A stretch of 64,000 nucleotides of DNA from a virus (IMGVR_UViG_3300047476_002143:455-64454); one strand, 5' to 3'; shown: positions 34,414 through 44,931, numbered from the stretch's first letter. Notes: generated by a model from the sequence alone, not told the origin. Numbers and translations are program-made.

Positions 34414-34755
34414 TTAACAATAGGCCCTGAGCAAATATCCGACAAGTGCCCCAAACCATACTGCGATTGGGAACTCTTTTTTGTTACCTCCCATTAGAGA
34501 TAAGTGAGCAACAACCGCTCCACCCATGAAGGTAGAAATAAGCACAAGACCAATGACTGAAGTCATAGGTACCAAAAGTAGGACCGAACCTAACATTTCA
34601 CCCAAACCTGTTTGGAGTCTATAATTTTCTAAATTCATGAATTTAAAGTTTCCTTTAGATTCTTCGGTTCCTCTAATTTTATCAAAGGCGTTTTTTGCCA
34701 AGAATAATGAGGTTGCTACTGAAAGAACCCATCCGATAATACATAATACTGTCAT
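34414..34755 (-). CDS. DoxX family membrane protein
   Basis: G.GE..G..LLL.P.T...G..L...F.GGA..AH pattern. Confidence 0.75.
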   Translation of the reverse strand: MTVLCIIGWVLSVATSLFLAKNAFDKIRGTEESKGNFKFMNLENYRLQTGLGEMLGSVLLLVPMTSVIGLVLISTFMGGAVVAHLSLMGGNKKEFPIAVWFGALVGYLLRAYC

Positions 34756-34832
34756 AATTAATTTTTTTAAAACTTAATAAATTTATTTGACAATGTCAAA
34801 TAAAAAACCCCCACCGAAGTGAGGGTTTTGAG

Positions 34833-36032
34833 TTAGTTTCCTTTTGTTGGGAACCTCGTCCATTTGGAAGACCAAAGTGGTGTTGCAAGTTCAGGTATTA
34901 CTGAAGTAATTTCTGAATTGCCTTTTGATAGTGATAATGTTTTTAATTGGTCGTTTGTTAATATAAGTGTTGCTTTACTGATAAAATTAAGTGAAGGATT
35001 AAAAGTTCCAACTGAATTATTTTCAAATACTGAAACCCCATCTTTAACAAACTGTGCAGTTTCATTACTTTCCAAACTCAATCCACCTTTCATCCAACCC
35101 CAAATCACACTGTTCTTCATTGTGAATTGTGTTGCTCTTCTGAATCTCAAACCTAAGTTATGATTAGGAAGTGATGTGGCATCGTTTGGACCAACCAAAG
35201 TCATATTAAGAAGTTTTGGGTGAGTGAAAGGTTGTGCGAGTGAGCCAACGCCATCGTTATCGCACTCTACCCCATTACCAGCATCACCATTATCTACAAA
35301 TTGTGGGTCTCTTTTTGCAACACCATTTGTTATTGTTCCTGTGTAACCGAAGTCAAAATCAAAATCATCATCTGCAGTTGCAAATGCGTAAAGATATTTT
35401 GGAGATACTGTTCCACCGAAGAACTCAAAAGCATCATCGTTAGCGTAAATTGTTTGAACGTATTCTATTACTGTTCCACTACCAACACCTCCAAGAGTTA
35501 ATGCATTGATTTCTGAATTTGGAAGTGCTGCAATACCTGCGTATTCAATTCTGACATACTTCAGAATACCACTATTGTCAGCATCATTAGTTCCGCCGAA
35601 TGGTCTACCAATACCACCTTCGATTGTTGGTTCAGAACTTCTGTTTGTTTTTGCTCTTCCCAAAATTACAATTCCACCCCAATCGCCAGGAGACCTCTCG
35701 CCAGCGTTTTTACCTGAGGTGAAAATAATTGGTTTTTCAGGAGTTCCTTCTGCAATTATTTGAGCTCCTCTTTCAATGCAAAGTGCTCCTTTTTCTGCAA
35801 CATCGGAAATAATTGTTGTTCCTGGTTGAATGATTAGTTTTGCACCATCTGTAACATATACATACCCTTTGAGAGTCCATACTTTGTCAGATGTCAAAGT
35901 TGTTGTTTGATTAATGTTTCCTGTTAAAGTAGTTTGTGAAGGAACATTAATTGGTGGAGTTCCTCCCCCTAATTCTTTTTCGCAACTTAACAAAAGTGTT
36001 GAGAATAAAACTGCCGTTAATAATTTTTTCAT
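34833..36032 (-). CDS. Surface lipoprotein, beta-helix-like partner of the TonB receptor
   Basis: LLLSC lipobox, PIIFTS, GDWGG...LG, YVRIEYAG, DDAFEFFGG, DDDFDFD. Confidence 0.8.
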   Translation of the reverse strand: MKKLLTAVLFSTLLLSCEKELGGGTPPINVPSQTTLTGNINQTTTLTSDKVWTLKGYVYVTDGAKLIIQPGTTIISDVAEKGALCIERGAQIIAEGTPEKPIIFTSGKNAGERSPGDWGGIVILGRAKTNRSSEPTIEGGIGRPFGGTNDADNSGILKYVRIEYAGIAALPNSEINALTLGGVGSGTVIEYVQTIYANDDAFEFFGGTVSPKYLYAFATADDDFDFDFGYTGTITNGVAKRDPQFVDNGDAGNGVECDNDGVGSLAQPFTHPKLLNMTLVGPNDATSLPNHNLGLRFRRATQFTMKNSVIWGWMKGGLSLESNETAQFVKDGVSVFENNSVGTFNPSLNFISKATLILTNDQLKTLSLSKGNSEITSVIPELATPLWSSKWTRFPTKGN

Positions 36033-38281
36033 AAGTTTAGATTTAATGAAACTGAGAGAGTTTGTTCGTTATTGATTTTTATTAACTCTCTGTTGTTTAT
36101 TTTTTGATAGTATACTGTTGGTTGAGCGATTAGGTCACCAATAGCGAGTTTAAGTTCACCATTTTTTATTTTTCTTAGGTAAACGATGTCCATTACGTCT
36201 CTTGAGTTTTCAAATATATCTGCATATCCTTGAAATCCTACCGCAGAAATTCTATCACCCACTCTGTTGTATGAAATATTGAATGTGTTTTTTCCTTTGT
36301 GGAAATTCAATCCACCATTAACCACATAGTTTGATTGTCCTTGTAATTGTCTTTCCACTCCATTAACTTTAACGTGAGAGTTTGAAACTGTTGAATTTGT
36401 ATAAACATCCAACCAGGAACAAATTTGTTTTCTAAGTTCAAATTCAATACCGTAAACACTTGCTCTGTCAGGATTTGTGAAAGTCAAAAGTAAGTTTGAT
36501 GGTACTGAACCATCTGCAACTATTTGTTCTATTGGTCTTACGAAGTTCTTACCGAATAAAGCAACTGATATATTTTCCCCTGATTTCGGATAGTACTCCC
36601 ACTTCAGGTCTAAATTATAGATGTCTGTCTTTTCTAAATTTGTATTACCTAAAAGTTGAGCATTTCTTACAAAATCGTAATAAGCGAAGTTTGCAACTTC
36701 TCTGAACTCAGGTCTTGAAAGTGTTTTGGAAAATGAAGTTCTGAATTTTGTTTTGTCTAAATTATAGGAAAGATTAATGGATGGTAAGAAGTCCAAATAT
36801 TCTCTATTTACCTGAACCTTTTGTCCACTGAAATCTGATGTCTCAACATTGAATAAATTATATTCAGTTCTAATCCCACCGTTTATCTTAAGTTTTCCAA
36901 GTGTCTTATCATATTGAACATAACCGGAGCCCAAATCAAAATCTGCACCATATCTGTCAGTATTGTTTGTAATTTCATTTAATATATCATCGGCATCGTA
37001 TCTGAAGATTCTTGCTTTGAAATTTCTTAATTTTTTCAGATATGATACTCCAATCTTGAAATCATTTATCTCCTTGTTTAATGAACCATTGAATGAATTC
37101 TCGTCCATTACAGACCAAAACCTGTATGTGTCTCTCCAAGCAGTTGTATAGTCTGTATTCGTTCCTAATGACTTTGTAATTGGGTTTACTCTATAGTCAG
37201 GTTGGTCTCTTAACATCAAGTTCCAACCAACATTAAAATCTAAAGTTTTTATCTTACCATCAAATTGTGAATTTACAATTGTCTTAACAATATTATTAGA
37301 GGAATTACTTCTGACATCTTGTACGTTGTCATAGTTCTCACCATTTCTTGTCAGGTAAGAATTTTCAATTTGGTGATTGAATAAAGTTTTCCAAGAATAT
37401 TTGTTTTGGCCCAAATAAGTTAGGTTCATTAACCCATTAACTAAAAATACTTTAGTAAATGATGTATCTTTATACTTGTAAGCTAATTCAGTAGATGATT
37501 GATAATCTTGTCTGTCAATAAAATTCAGAGAAAATGAATTTCTTGCATTTGCCGACATTAACAAATTCCATTTATCTTTTTTGTAACCGAAAGACAAATT
37601 ACAATTCAAGTTTGGAAATGAATTTGTTGTTTTAGAGTTAGGAGAGCCTATTAGTTTGGTGAAAGCCCTTCTATCACCATTAGATGCAACTCTAAAGTCG
37701 TATGTGGACGGAAAGTTGGTGGGGAACTGAATATATTCCACCGAGTTGAATTTTTGGAATGTAGAAACGGTCCCGTACCCCGAACCCATTCCTATTGTAA
37801 AAAAATTTTTTGATACATCTTTAGTGTTTACCTGAATTATGCCACCCCCAAAATCACCAGGAAGTGATGCAATTGCAGATTTGGAAACAATAATATTATC
37901 TATCAGATTGGATGGGATAATATCGAAAGAAAATGCTCTTCTATCAGGTTCTGTTGAAGGTAGAAGAGTTTTATTTAGTATTGCTGAATTATACCTGTCT
38001 GATAATCCTCTAACTAAAACAAACTTATCGTTTTGAATTGTTACACCATTAACTCTTTTGAGGGCATCTCCGACAGTTCTATCAGGAGTTTTTTTGATAA
38101 ATTCTACTGAAAGTCCATCGGAAACGACTGAACTATTCCTTACAATATTGATTACTGCAATGTTGGTTTCTTTCTTCGTTGTACTTTTAACTTTAACTTC
38201 ATCTAACTTTTGATTGAACAATGTGTCTTGGGAAAAACTGAATATTGGTAATACCAATAATAAAAATAAATTTTTAATCAT
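36029..38281 (-). CDS. TonB-dependent outer-membrane receptor
   Basis: Signal peptide, plug domain (VRGLSDRYN, LPSTEPDRRAFSFDIIPSNLID), RPEFRE, GN..L...I.NLD..WEYYP. Confidence 0.9.
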   Translation of the reverse strand: MIKNLFLLLVLPIFSFSQDTLFNQKLDEVKVKSTTKKETNIAVINIVRNSSVVSDGLSVEFIKKTPDRTVGDALKRVNGVTIQNDKFVLVRGLSDRYNSAILNKTLLPSTEPDRRAFSFDIIPSNLIDNIIVSKSAIASLPGDFGGGIIQVNTKDVSKNFFTIGMGSGYGTVSTFQKFNSVEYIQFPTNFPSTYDFRVASNGDRRAFTKLIGSPNSKTTNSFPNLNCNLSFGYKKDKWNLLMSANARNSFSLNFIDRQDYQSSTELAYKYKDTSFTKVFLVNGLMNLTYLGQNKYSWKTLFNHQIENSYLTRNGENYDNVQDVRSNSSNNIVKTIVNSQFDGKIKTLDFNVGWNLMLRDQPDYRVNPITKSLGTNTDYTTAWRDTYRFWSVMDENSFNGSLNKEINDFKIGVSYLKKLRNFKARIFRYDADDILNEITNNTDRYGADFDLGSGYVQYDKTLGKLKINGGIRTEYNLFNVETSDFSGQKVQVNREYLDFLPSINLSYNLDKTKFRTSFSKTLSRPEFREVANFAYYDFVRNAQLLGNTNLEKTDIYNLDLKWEYYPKSGENISVALFGKNFVRPIEQIVADGSVPSNLLLTFTNPDRASVYGIEFELRKQICSWLDVYTNSTVSNSHVKVNGVERQLQGQSNYVVNGGLNFHKGKNTFNISYNRVGDRISAVGFQGYADIFENSRDVMDIVYLRKIKNGELKLAIGDLIAQPTVYYQKINNRELIKINNEQTLSVSLNLNL

Positions 38282-38406
38282 AATTTTTGGTTGACACCAA
38301 TAATTAGAAAATTAAGGTTAAATGACCCCATTTTTTGTGTTAATTTTGGGCTAACAAAAAACCCCCTCACAAATGTAAGGGGGTCTGAGAATAAACTTGA
38401 TAAATT

Positions 38407-41400
38407 TTATTTACCAAAAATATATCTAATACCTAACTGAGCTGACCATACGTCAAATACAGAAGAATTAAACTGATACGTGTCTCTCACTAAGAAAGTA
38501 CCTGTAGCATCTCTTTGAGTTGCCAATCTGAAAGTTGGAACGTTGTTCACGTCTTTACTAACAAAGTTTAACAACTGAGGAGCGGTTGCTCTTTGAGAAA
38601 CACCCCACTCATTATTCAACATATTTGTAAAGTTAAGAATATCAAAACGAATTTGGAAAGCGTTTCTTTGTCCTTTGATTTTCACGAATACATCTTGTGC
38701 TACTGATAAATCTAATCTGTGTAAATAAGGAAGAACACTTGCATTTCTTTCTGCGTATGTACCTCTTCTTTTTGATAGATATGGGTCTTGACTAATGAAT
38801 TTATCAAAAGCTGCTTGTTGTTGTGCTTCAGTGTAAGTAACTGCACTTGCACCTGAACCTACTGTCAAAGGTGCGAATTTAACATCAGAACCTTTCATAG
38901 GAACAAAAATCAAATCATTGTTTGTTACTCTATCACCGTTCAAGTCACCAGCCGCAACATATGAATATGGATTAGATTGTTGACCAACATAACCTAAAGT
39001 TATTGTTGTTGTTCCACCATACTTTTTACCATAATCAATTCTGTAACCCAACAAACCAACCATACGGTTTCTAACCAAGAAATCTGAGTTAGTTAAAACT
39101 AAACTGTTATTACCCATAACAGAAACTGCTGACTGCCAAGAACCGCTCGCGATTGAACCTGCACTCATGAAATCTTTAGAATCTGATGTTGTCCATGCGA
39201 ATGAACCCCAAAGACCTTTAGACACAGGTTTTTCAAGTTTCAAGGTAAGTGACTGATGGTAAGCCCCATTTTTGTTTGTAAGAACTGCCGCCATAGACAC
39301 GTTGTCGTTTACCCTAACACCAGCATCGTTGCCGGCATAAATCATACGTTGGTCAACACCACCCAATCTTGAACTGTGATTTTCAAGGTTTGCATTATAG
39401 TAATGAACTGCGTTGATTGTTCTGTTATACAAGTATTCTGCACTTGCTATCAAACCTAACCAAGGAAGTTTTTGGTCAACCGCAAAGTTTGTTTTCCAAA
39501 CCTGTGGAAACTTATAATCTCTGTCGGTCAAAGCCAAATCGAATGTTGAAGGAAGTGTTGGTGTTGATGGAGTGAAGTATTGTGCCGGATTTGTAGTAAA
39601 TCCATAACCAGATGCGGCAGCACCTGATACATCAATAAATCCTGTCAACACACCGTTGTTTCCGATTTGATTAGATAAAAACACATACGGAGGACGACCA
39701 GTGAATACACCGCTACCACCACGAATTTGTGTTTTCTTATTGCCAGCAACATCATAGTTGAAACCAAAACGCGGTTCTACCAAGAACTGTGTTTTTGGCA
39801 TCAACCCTGTGTTGAATTTTCTACCACCACCGAATGTCATTGCAGTGATTTTCGGATTTTCAAGTGCGGTATTACCAAATGCAATAATGTTTGCTCTCAA
39901 ACCAAAAACTAATTTAAGGTCTTTGGTTGCATTGAACTCATCTTGACCATAAACATCTAATCTTGTGGTTTTAAGAACCTGCATTGGTTCAATTCCGCCA
40001 GGAAGAGCTGAATATCTCATTTGAAATCTTGCCGGTGCAGTGACAGATGGTTTTCCACCATTAGCAATACTTTCATTCGCGGCTTTATAGAAATCAGCCA
40101 AAGAATTGAAAATATAAACACCGTTAGCTGCGGGATAGAAATTGTTATTAGATTGATACGATTGGAAATTAACACCACCAACCAAAGTATGCTTTCCTGC
40201 ATATTTTGTAACGTTATTTGTTACGTTGAAAGTTGAGTAATTCAACTTATTACTTGGAGTGAATGGGTCAAAACCAACAGAAGTATAAGTTGCCGCTCCT
40301 TCTCTAATATCAATAGTTGGGAACAACGGACTTAAGTATGCTCTATCTTCAATTTGTTTGTCATAAGAAACAATCAAATTATTATAGAGTGTGTTGTTGA
40401 ACTTTGAATTCAATTCCAATACTGCAGAGCGGGTATTATCTTGAATGATGTAACCACTGTTCTGAAAAGACATTGCATTGAACTGAGTTGTTCTATTACC
40501 AGCACCTGCTGACTGAGAGTTTGAAATGTTAATTTCAGCTTCTGAGTTGTGGTGAACGTAACGAGCAGTCAACTTGTGTTTTTCGTTAATGTTCCAGTCT
40601 GCTCTTACGAGAAACTTCTTCGATGAGTTTTGGTTAGAATAACCTTCCCAAGGACCGGTTACATAGTTGAATTTTTCTTTCATAAAATCAGAAAGTGCTT
40701 TCATATCAGAATATTTAACACGACTGATTTGTGAACCTGTAAGAGGTGAACCATCAGAAATCCAAGTTGTACCTGGTTCGGTTTTTGTAATCTGTTCGTA
40801 GTTACCAAACAAGAACAATTTGTTCTTGATTATTGGCATACCCAAACGGAAACCAAGAACCTCTTCATCAAATTTTGATGCGGTTACTTTCGTTCCTCTT
40901 GCGTTGTTACCAACATAACGAGAACTATTATCTCTCTGAGTTCTATAAACAGAACCTTCGATATCATTAGAACCCGAACGAGTTACTGCATTGATACCTG
41001 CACCGTTAAAACCACTTTGACGAATGTCAAATGGAGCAACGTTGACTTGAAGTTGGTCAATTGCATCCAATGAAATTGCGGAAGCACCAGTTCTACCACC
41101 TGCTTGAGCTGAAGAACCTAAACCGAAGTTGTTGTTGAACTGAGAACCGTCAATAGTAAAGTTATTCAAACGAGAGTCTTGCGCTCCGAATGATGAACCA
41201 TTACCAAATGGGTTGTACTTTGTAATTCCATCGATTGTTCTTGCTCCTGTGATAGGAATAGTGGTCAACTCTCTACGAGTAAATTGTTGAGCGGCACCTG
41301 TCCTGTCTTTGGAGAAAAGATTGCTACGATTACCGATTACGGTCACACCATCCATGGTTTTGTTGTCTAACTCAAGAACTACGTCAACATCACTTGTAAC

Positions 41401-41694
41401 ACCAAGTTGAGTGTTGATGTCGTTAACTTCTTTCATCTTGTATCCAACAAAAGATACGTGAATGACATAAGGACCACCGGGACGTACAGCAGGAATAGTG
41501 TAAACACCATTTTTGTTCGTTTGTGAACGGTACTCCGAACCTGTTGGTTGGTGAACAGCGTGAACAGAAGCTCCTGCAAGAACCTCTCCTTTTTCATTTT
41601 TTACGACGCCAGCCAGGGTAGAAGTTGTAATCTGCCCGAAAGACGTGAGTGTCACGATAAAGGATAAAAGTGACATCAAGATTGCTTTTTTCAT
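38407..41694 (-). CDS. TonB-dependent receptor with a carboxypeptidase-regulatory N-domain (Oar-like)
   Basis: H.PTG..Y, PGGPY, NNFTIDG..FNN.FGL, PFDIRQSGF.G..INAVT.SG.N, C-terminal QLGIRYIF. Confidence 0.92.
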   Translation of the reverse strand: MKKAILMSLLSFIVTLTSFGQITTSTLAGVVKNEKGEVLAGASVHAVHQPTGSEYRSQTNKNGVYTIPAVRPGGPYVIHVSFVGYKMKEVNDINTQLGVTSDVDVVLELDNKTMDGVTVIGNRSNLFSKDRTGAAQQFTRRELTTIPITGARTIDGITKYNPFGNGSSFGAQDSRLNNFTIDGSQFNNNFGLGSSAQAGGRTGASAISLDAIDQLQVNVAPFDIRQSGFNGAGINAVTRSGSNDIEGSVYRTQRDNSSRYVGNNARGTKVTASKFDEEVLGFRLGMPIIKNKLFLFGNYEQITKTEPGTTWISDGSPLTGSQISRVKYSDMKALSDFMKEKFNYVTGPWEGYSNQNSSKKFLVRADWNINEKHKLTARYVHHNSEAEINISNSQSAGAGNRTTQFNAMSFQNSGYIIQDNTRSAVLELNSKFNNTLYNNLIVSYDKQIEDRAYLSPLFPTIDIREGAATYTSVGFDPFTPSNKLNYSTFNVTNNVTKYAGKHTLVGGVNFQSYQSNNNFYPAANGVYIFNSLADFYKAANESIANGGKPSVTAPARFQMRYSALPGGIEPMQVLKTTRLDVYGQDEFNATKDLKLVFGLRANIIAFGNTALENPKITAMTFGGGRKFNTGLMPKTQFLVEPRFGFNYDVAGNKKTQIRGGSGVFTGRPPYVFLSNQIGNNGVLTGFIDVSGAAASGYGFTTNPAQYFTPSTPTLPSTFDLALTDRDYKFPQVWKTNFAVDQKLPWLGLIASAEYLYNRTINAVHYYNANLENHSSRLGGVDQRMIYAGNDAGVRVNDNVSMAAVLTNKNGAYHQSLTLKLEKPVSKGLWGSFAWTTSDSKDFMSAGSIASGSWQSAVSVMGNNSLVLTNSDFLVRNRMVGLLGYRIDYGKKYGGTTTITLGYVGQQSNPYSYVAAGDLNGDRVTNNDLIFVPMKGSDVKFAPLTVGSGASAVTYTEAQQQAAFDKFISQDPYLSKRRGTYAERNASVLPYLHRLDLSVAQDVFVKIKGQRNAFQIRFDILNFTNMLNNEWGVSQRATAPQLLNFVSKDVNNVPTFRLATQRDATGTFLVRDTYQFNSSVFDVWSAQLGIRYIFGK

Positions 41695-41877
41695 GTTTGT
41701 TTTGTTTATTTGTTTATAATAAAAAACCCCGAGACTATGCGTCAAGGGGTTTAAGTATCCGAAGCTCCAAGGTTTTTGAGGTCGTACAGTTCATAAAGGA
41801 ATTCTCCTAATTTTAAGTATTGTAGTTTTTGTGAACAATTAAAAATATAATATTAAAAAATCATTAAGTCAAATAAG

Positions 41878-41949
41878 TAGCCTCGCACAGAGTCGAACTG
41901 AAATCTCTACCGTGAAAGGGTAGCGTCCTAACCATTAGACGACGAGGCC
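41878..41949 (-). tRNA. tRNA-Glu(TTC)
   Basis: CTACC-CT-TTC-AC-GGTAG; imperfect T stem. Confidence 0.85.
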
Positions 41950-41959
41950 AAAAAAAAAT

Positions 41960-42142
41960 AAACAGGTTTATCGTACCCGATTGTACATCATTACCGATTT
42001 TAACATCGGCGGTCACATTTCGTCATTTGGTAGCTACTCCCGACTTGTAGTGACTCTACCCTCACCGCTCTAATATCATGAACTCAAGACGGCTCTTTGG
42101 GACTAATATACCGTGGGGTTGCACCACAGTCATCACCTGTTT
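41960..42142 (-). ncRNA. Unassigned structured RNA of about 180 nt between tmRNA and tRNA-Glu
   Basis: AAACAGGT/ACCTGTTT closing stem, internal CCGAT/ATCGG and GTGG/CCAC hairpins. Confidence 0.5.
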
Positions 42143-42537
42143 TGGTGGAGATGGACGGATTCGAACCGTCGTCTTGTTTGCGATAACTATAAATGACTAC
42201 ACGTTTAGTACAACATTGGTTCTCAATGTTACGAAATATCAGGTTTGATGTTTGTGAGAAACCCACCTGTAAACAACTTGGTCTCAGAGTTATTTTAAGG
42301 GAGCTCTGACCTGTGACCCCCATATCGGACTTCTGTTCCTAGGTACACGTCCTAATCGACCCGAAACGTTGTTCTCTACGATTACGCAGCAACAACAACA
42401 GCTTCTCTAGTCAAGCCAAGAGTAGCCATTTTAGCAAAAGTATTGCCATTTGTTTTTTAAATCAGTTTTGAAGGAGTTAATTCAGCTCCTACGTGCCACT
42501 TATACCTATACACACCAATCGATACCATGTCATCCCC
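42143..42537 (-). ncRNA. ssrA: tmRNA
   Basis: 5' GGGGATGAC..TCGA, 3' T arm and CATCTCCACCA, G3:U pair, tag ORF at 42382-42447 ending VVVAA-stop. Confidence 0.92.
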
Positions 42538-42609
42538 ATAATTTCAAAGAACATTACAAAGATACGAATAGATAAATACATAAACAAATTTAAAAGTATT
42601 TATTTCATT

Positions 42610-43992
42610 ATGGATGAAGAACAAGTTCAAGACTCTAAACACCATGTCGAAAAAGTTTTTGAAGACGATAATACTCTAATTGTTATCCCTTTAACTAACG
42701 AAGCCAACGGATATTATGGAGGAAAAGGTCCATGGTATGAGGAAGGTTATTATGGTAATAGAGACTTCGAAAAAAGGGTAGAGAACGGTGGTAGGATATA
42801 TCATATTATAAATAAAAAGACAAATGAAAAAGATAGTTTTTATAAAGACCAATATGGTCAATTATTTTATAATGAGATTACAAAACTCAAAAAAGATGAT
42901 ATCGACGAATTAATAAAATTCGTGCCAACTGCAAAAAAAGTTATAATTGATATTACAGGTAGTGACATCTTTAAAAAACTAAAACAGTTTGCAAAAGGTA
43001 AAATAGATAAAAACACTTTGATACATTCGGATGAGTTAATCTACGATTTGAAACAAAATAATTCGAGTCTTGGAGACTCAACTATCTTATTAAGATTTGA
43101 CGAGGACGAAGAATTATTCAAAATATTGGATTTAAGTGATGATGATATTTGGTTTCTTAATGTCATAAACAGTAGAGACTATGAATTTCAGGATGGTGAC
43201 AAAATGTGGGACGATAATAAAGAAGGGTATGGGATTTTTCAGTTCTTTAATGATGAAAATTTTGAAAAGTTAAAACAAATATCACACATTGTATTTCCTG
43301 GTAGAGAATTCCAAAAAAACGATGAAAAGTTTCTTGGAGAATTATATATGAAACTAGAAGAGCATTTCGATAGACAACTCAACAATATGGATTATGAGTA
43401 TATGGACGAATACAACAGTGTAACCTCTGAAAAGGCAAGGACGGAGGTTAATGAAGAAATTACTAACTTCTTGAATGATAAAGGGTTCGATATGATTAGA
43501 AGGTTCGACACACTTACAATAAGTGTTGTTGATTTAATTTATCTTTTTTCAATTAATGGAAGAAAATCAGATACATTGGAAGAGTTTTTAGAAATTGCAT
43601 TAAAACCCTCCGGAAAACAGTCTGTGGGAGGTTGGGGTGATAATTATTATGAATTCGAAGGGAGGGTAGATTTTGAAAAACTAAACGAAAAATTTAGTTG
43701 GGAGTTGGACAAAATTTTGGATTCTTTAGCAGAAAATGATAAATCCAAAGAATATTTTGAACTTCATGAAAGAATTTCATCGAAATATAGACTTGGTGTA
43801 TGGCACAAAACCCCTAAAGACAAAAATATACTTTTCATCATAAGAAAAATTGACCCAGACACCTTGACAATTAAGGTAGACTTAAGAAAGTCGGAAGGTA
43901 ATAATTGGGACAAAACACACCATTTCTCCGAAGAGAACTTCAATAAGTTTTTATATCAACCAGAATTGTTTAGTATTTTTGATGAGAAATAG
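42610..43992 (+). CDS. Hypothetical protein; N-terminus resembles part of 32352-33860
   Basis: KVFEDDNTLIVIP.T..A..YYG and YHIINKK similar to KIYEDDTFVVVVP.T..A..YG and YYIINKK. Confidence 0.7.
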   Translation: MDEEQVQDSKHHVEKVFEDDNTLIVIPLTNEANGYYGGKGPWYEEGYYGNRDFEKRVENGGRIYHIINKKTNEKDSFYKDQYGQLFYNEITKLKKDDIDELIKFVPTAKKVIIDITGSDIFKKLKQFAKGKIDKNTLIHSDELIYDLKQNNSSLGDSTILLRFDEDEELFKILDLSDDDIWFLNVINSRDYEFQDGDKMWDDNKEGYGIFQFFNDENFEKLKQISHIVFPGREFQKNDEKFLGELYMKLEEHFDRQLNNMDYEYMDEYNSVTSEKARTEVNEEITNFLNDKGFDMIRRFDTLTISVVDLIYLFSINGRKSDTLEEFLEIALKPSGKQSVGGWGDNYYEFEGRVDFEKLNEKFSWELDKILDSLAENDKSKEYFELHERISSKYRLGVWHKTPKDKNILFIIRKIDPDTLTIKVDLRKSEGNNWDKTHHFSEENFNKFLYQPELFSIFDEK

Positions 43993-44028
43993 AAAATTTT
44001 TTCCTATCTTTGTGGAAATAATTTTACA

Positions 44029-44868
44029 ATGTCTGATTTAAATTTTCTAAAACAAGTTCTAAGCGTACCCACCGTTACTTATAATGAAAAATTAATGGTG
44101 GAATTTATTTCAACTTGGTTGGAAAAAAACAATATCGAGTACTTCGTTGATACAAATAATAATGTTTATGCAACAAAGCATGACGGTAGTGAGTTACCAC
44201 AAGATTTTTATTTTCCTTGCGTAATTTCTCATACGGACACAGTCCACTCAATTGATTCCATAAATGTAATAGAAGGAAAACTTCCAAATGCACAAGGCGA
44301 CATCAAAGATGTGCTTCTTGCTGTCAATAATCAGGGTAAAGCAACGGGAATTGGTGGGGATGATAAATGTGGTGTTTTTGCTTGTCTCACATTATTAAAA
44401 GAACTTCCATTTCTTAAAGCGGCTTTCTTTGTTTCTGAAGAAACAGGTTGTCACGGTTCAAAAAAATCAGATGATAAATTTTTCTCCAATGTTGGATATG
44501 CAATCCAATTCGACGCACCTGAAAATTGGATGATAACTGAAAAGTGTTTCGGCGCAAGTTTATTTGACAGGGATAGTGAATTTTTTACAAAAGTTGATGA
44601 GGTTTTAACTGAAAATATGGTAAATGAGGATATGGATTATATGAGACATCCTTATACTGATGTTTGGGCTCTCCGAAATAAATACAATTTTTCCTGTATC
44701 AATTTTTCTATTGGGTATTACAACTACCATACCCGAAATGAATATGTTATTCCTGAAGATGTGTTCAATGGTATTAAAATAGGACGTGAAATGATTTCAA
44801 GTTTAGGATACAAACTACATTATAAAGAGAAAAAAGACACATCTAAAGGATACATGCTTTGGGATTAA
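44029..44868 (+). CDS. Zn-dependent peptidase (M20/M28-like)
   Basis: SHTDTVH, GGDDKCGV, EETGCHGS, GYYNYHT. Confidence 0.8.
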   Translation: MSDLNFLKQVLSVPTVTYNEKLMVEFISTWLEKNNIEYFVDTNNNVYATKHDGSELPQDFYFPCVISHTDTVHSIDSINVIEGKLPNAQGDIKDVLLAVNNQGKATGIGGDDKCGVFACLTLLKELPFLKAAFFVSEETGCHGSKKSDDKFFSNVGYAIQFDAPENWMITEKCFGASLFDRDSEFFTKVDEVLTENMVNEDMDYMRHPYTDVWALRNKYNFSCINFSIGYYNYHTRNEYVIPEDVFNGIKIGREMISSLGYKLHYKEKKDTSKGYMLWD

Positions 44869-44931
44869 AAAAAGGGAGTTTTTCTCCTTTTTTTTATGCA
44901 CAAAAAAAAGGGGTCACTGACCCCTTTTTTC

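Noticed and set aside
41825-41870. Pho-box-like TTAAT repeats 11 bp apart upstream of the TonB receptor
   Set aside because: Cannot be distinguished by eye from the AT-rich background.
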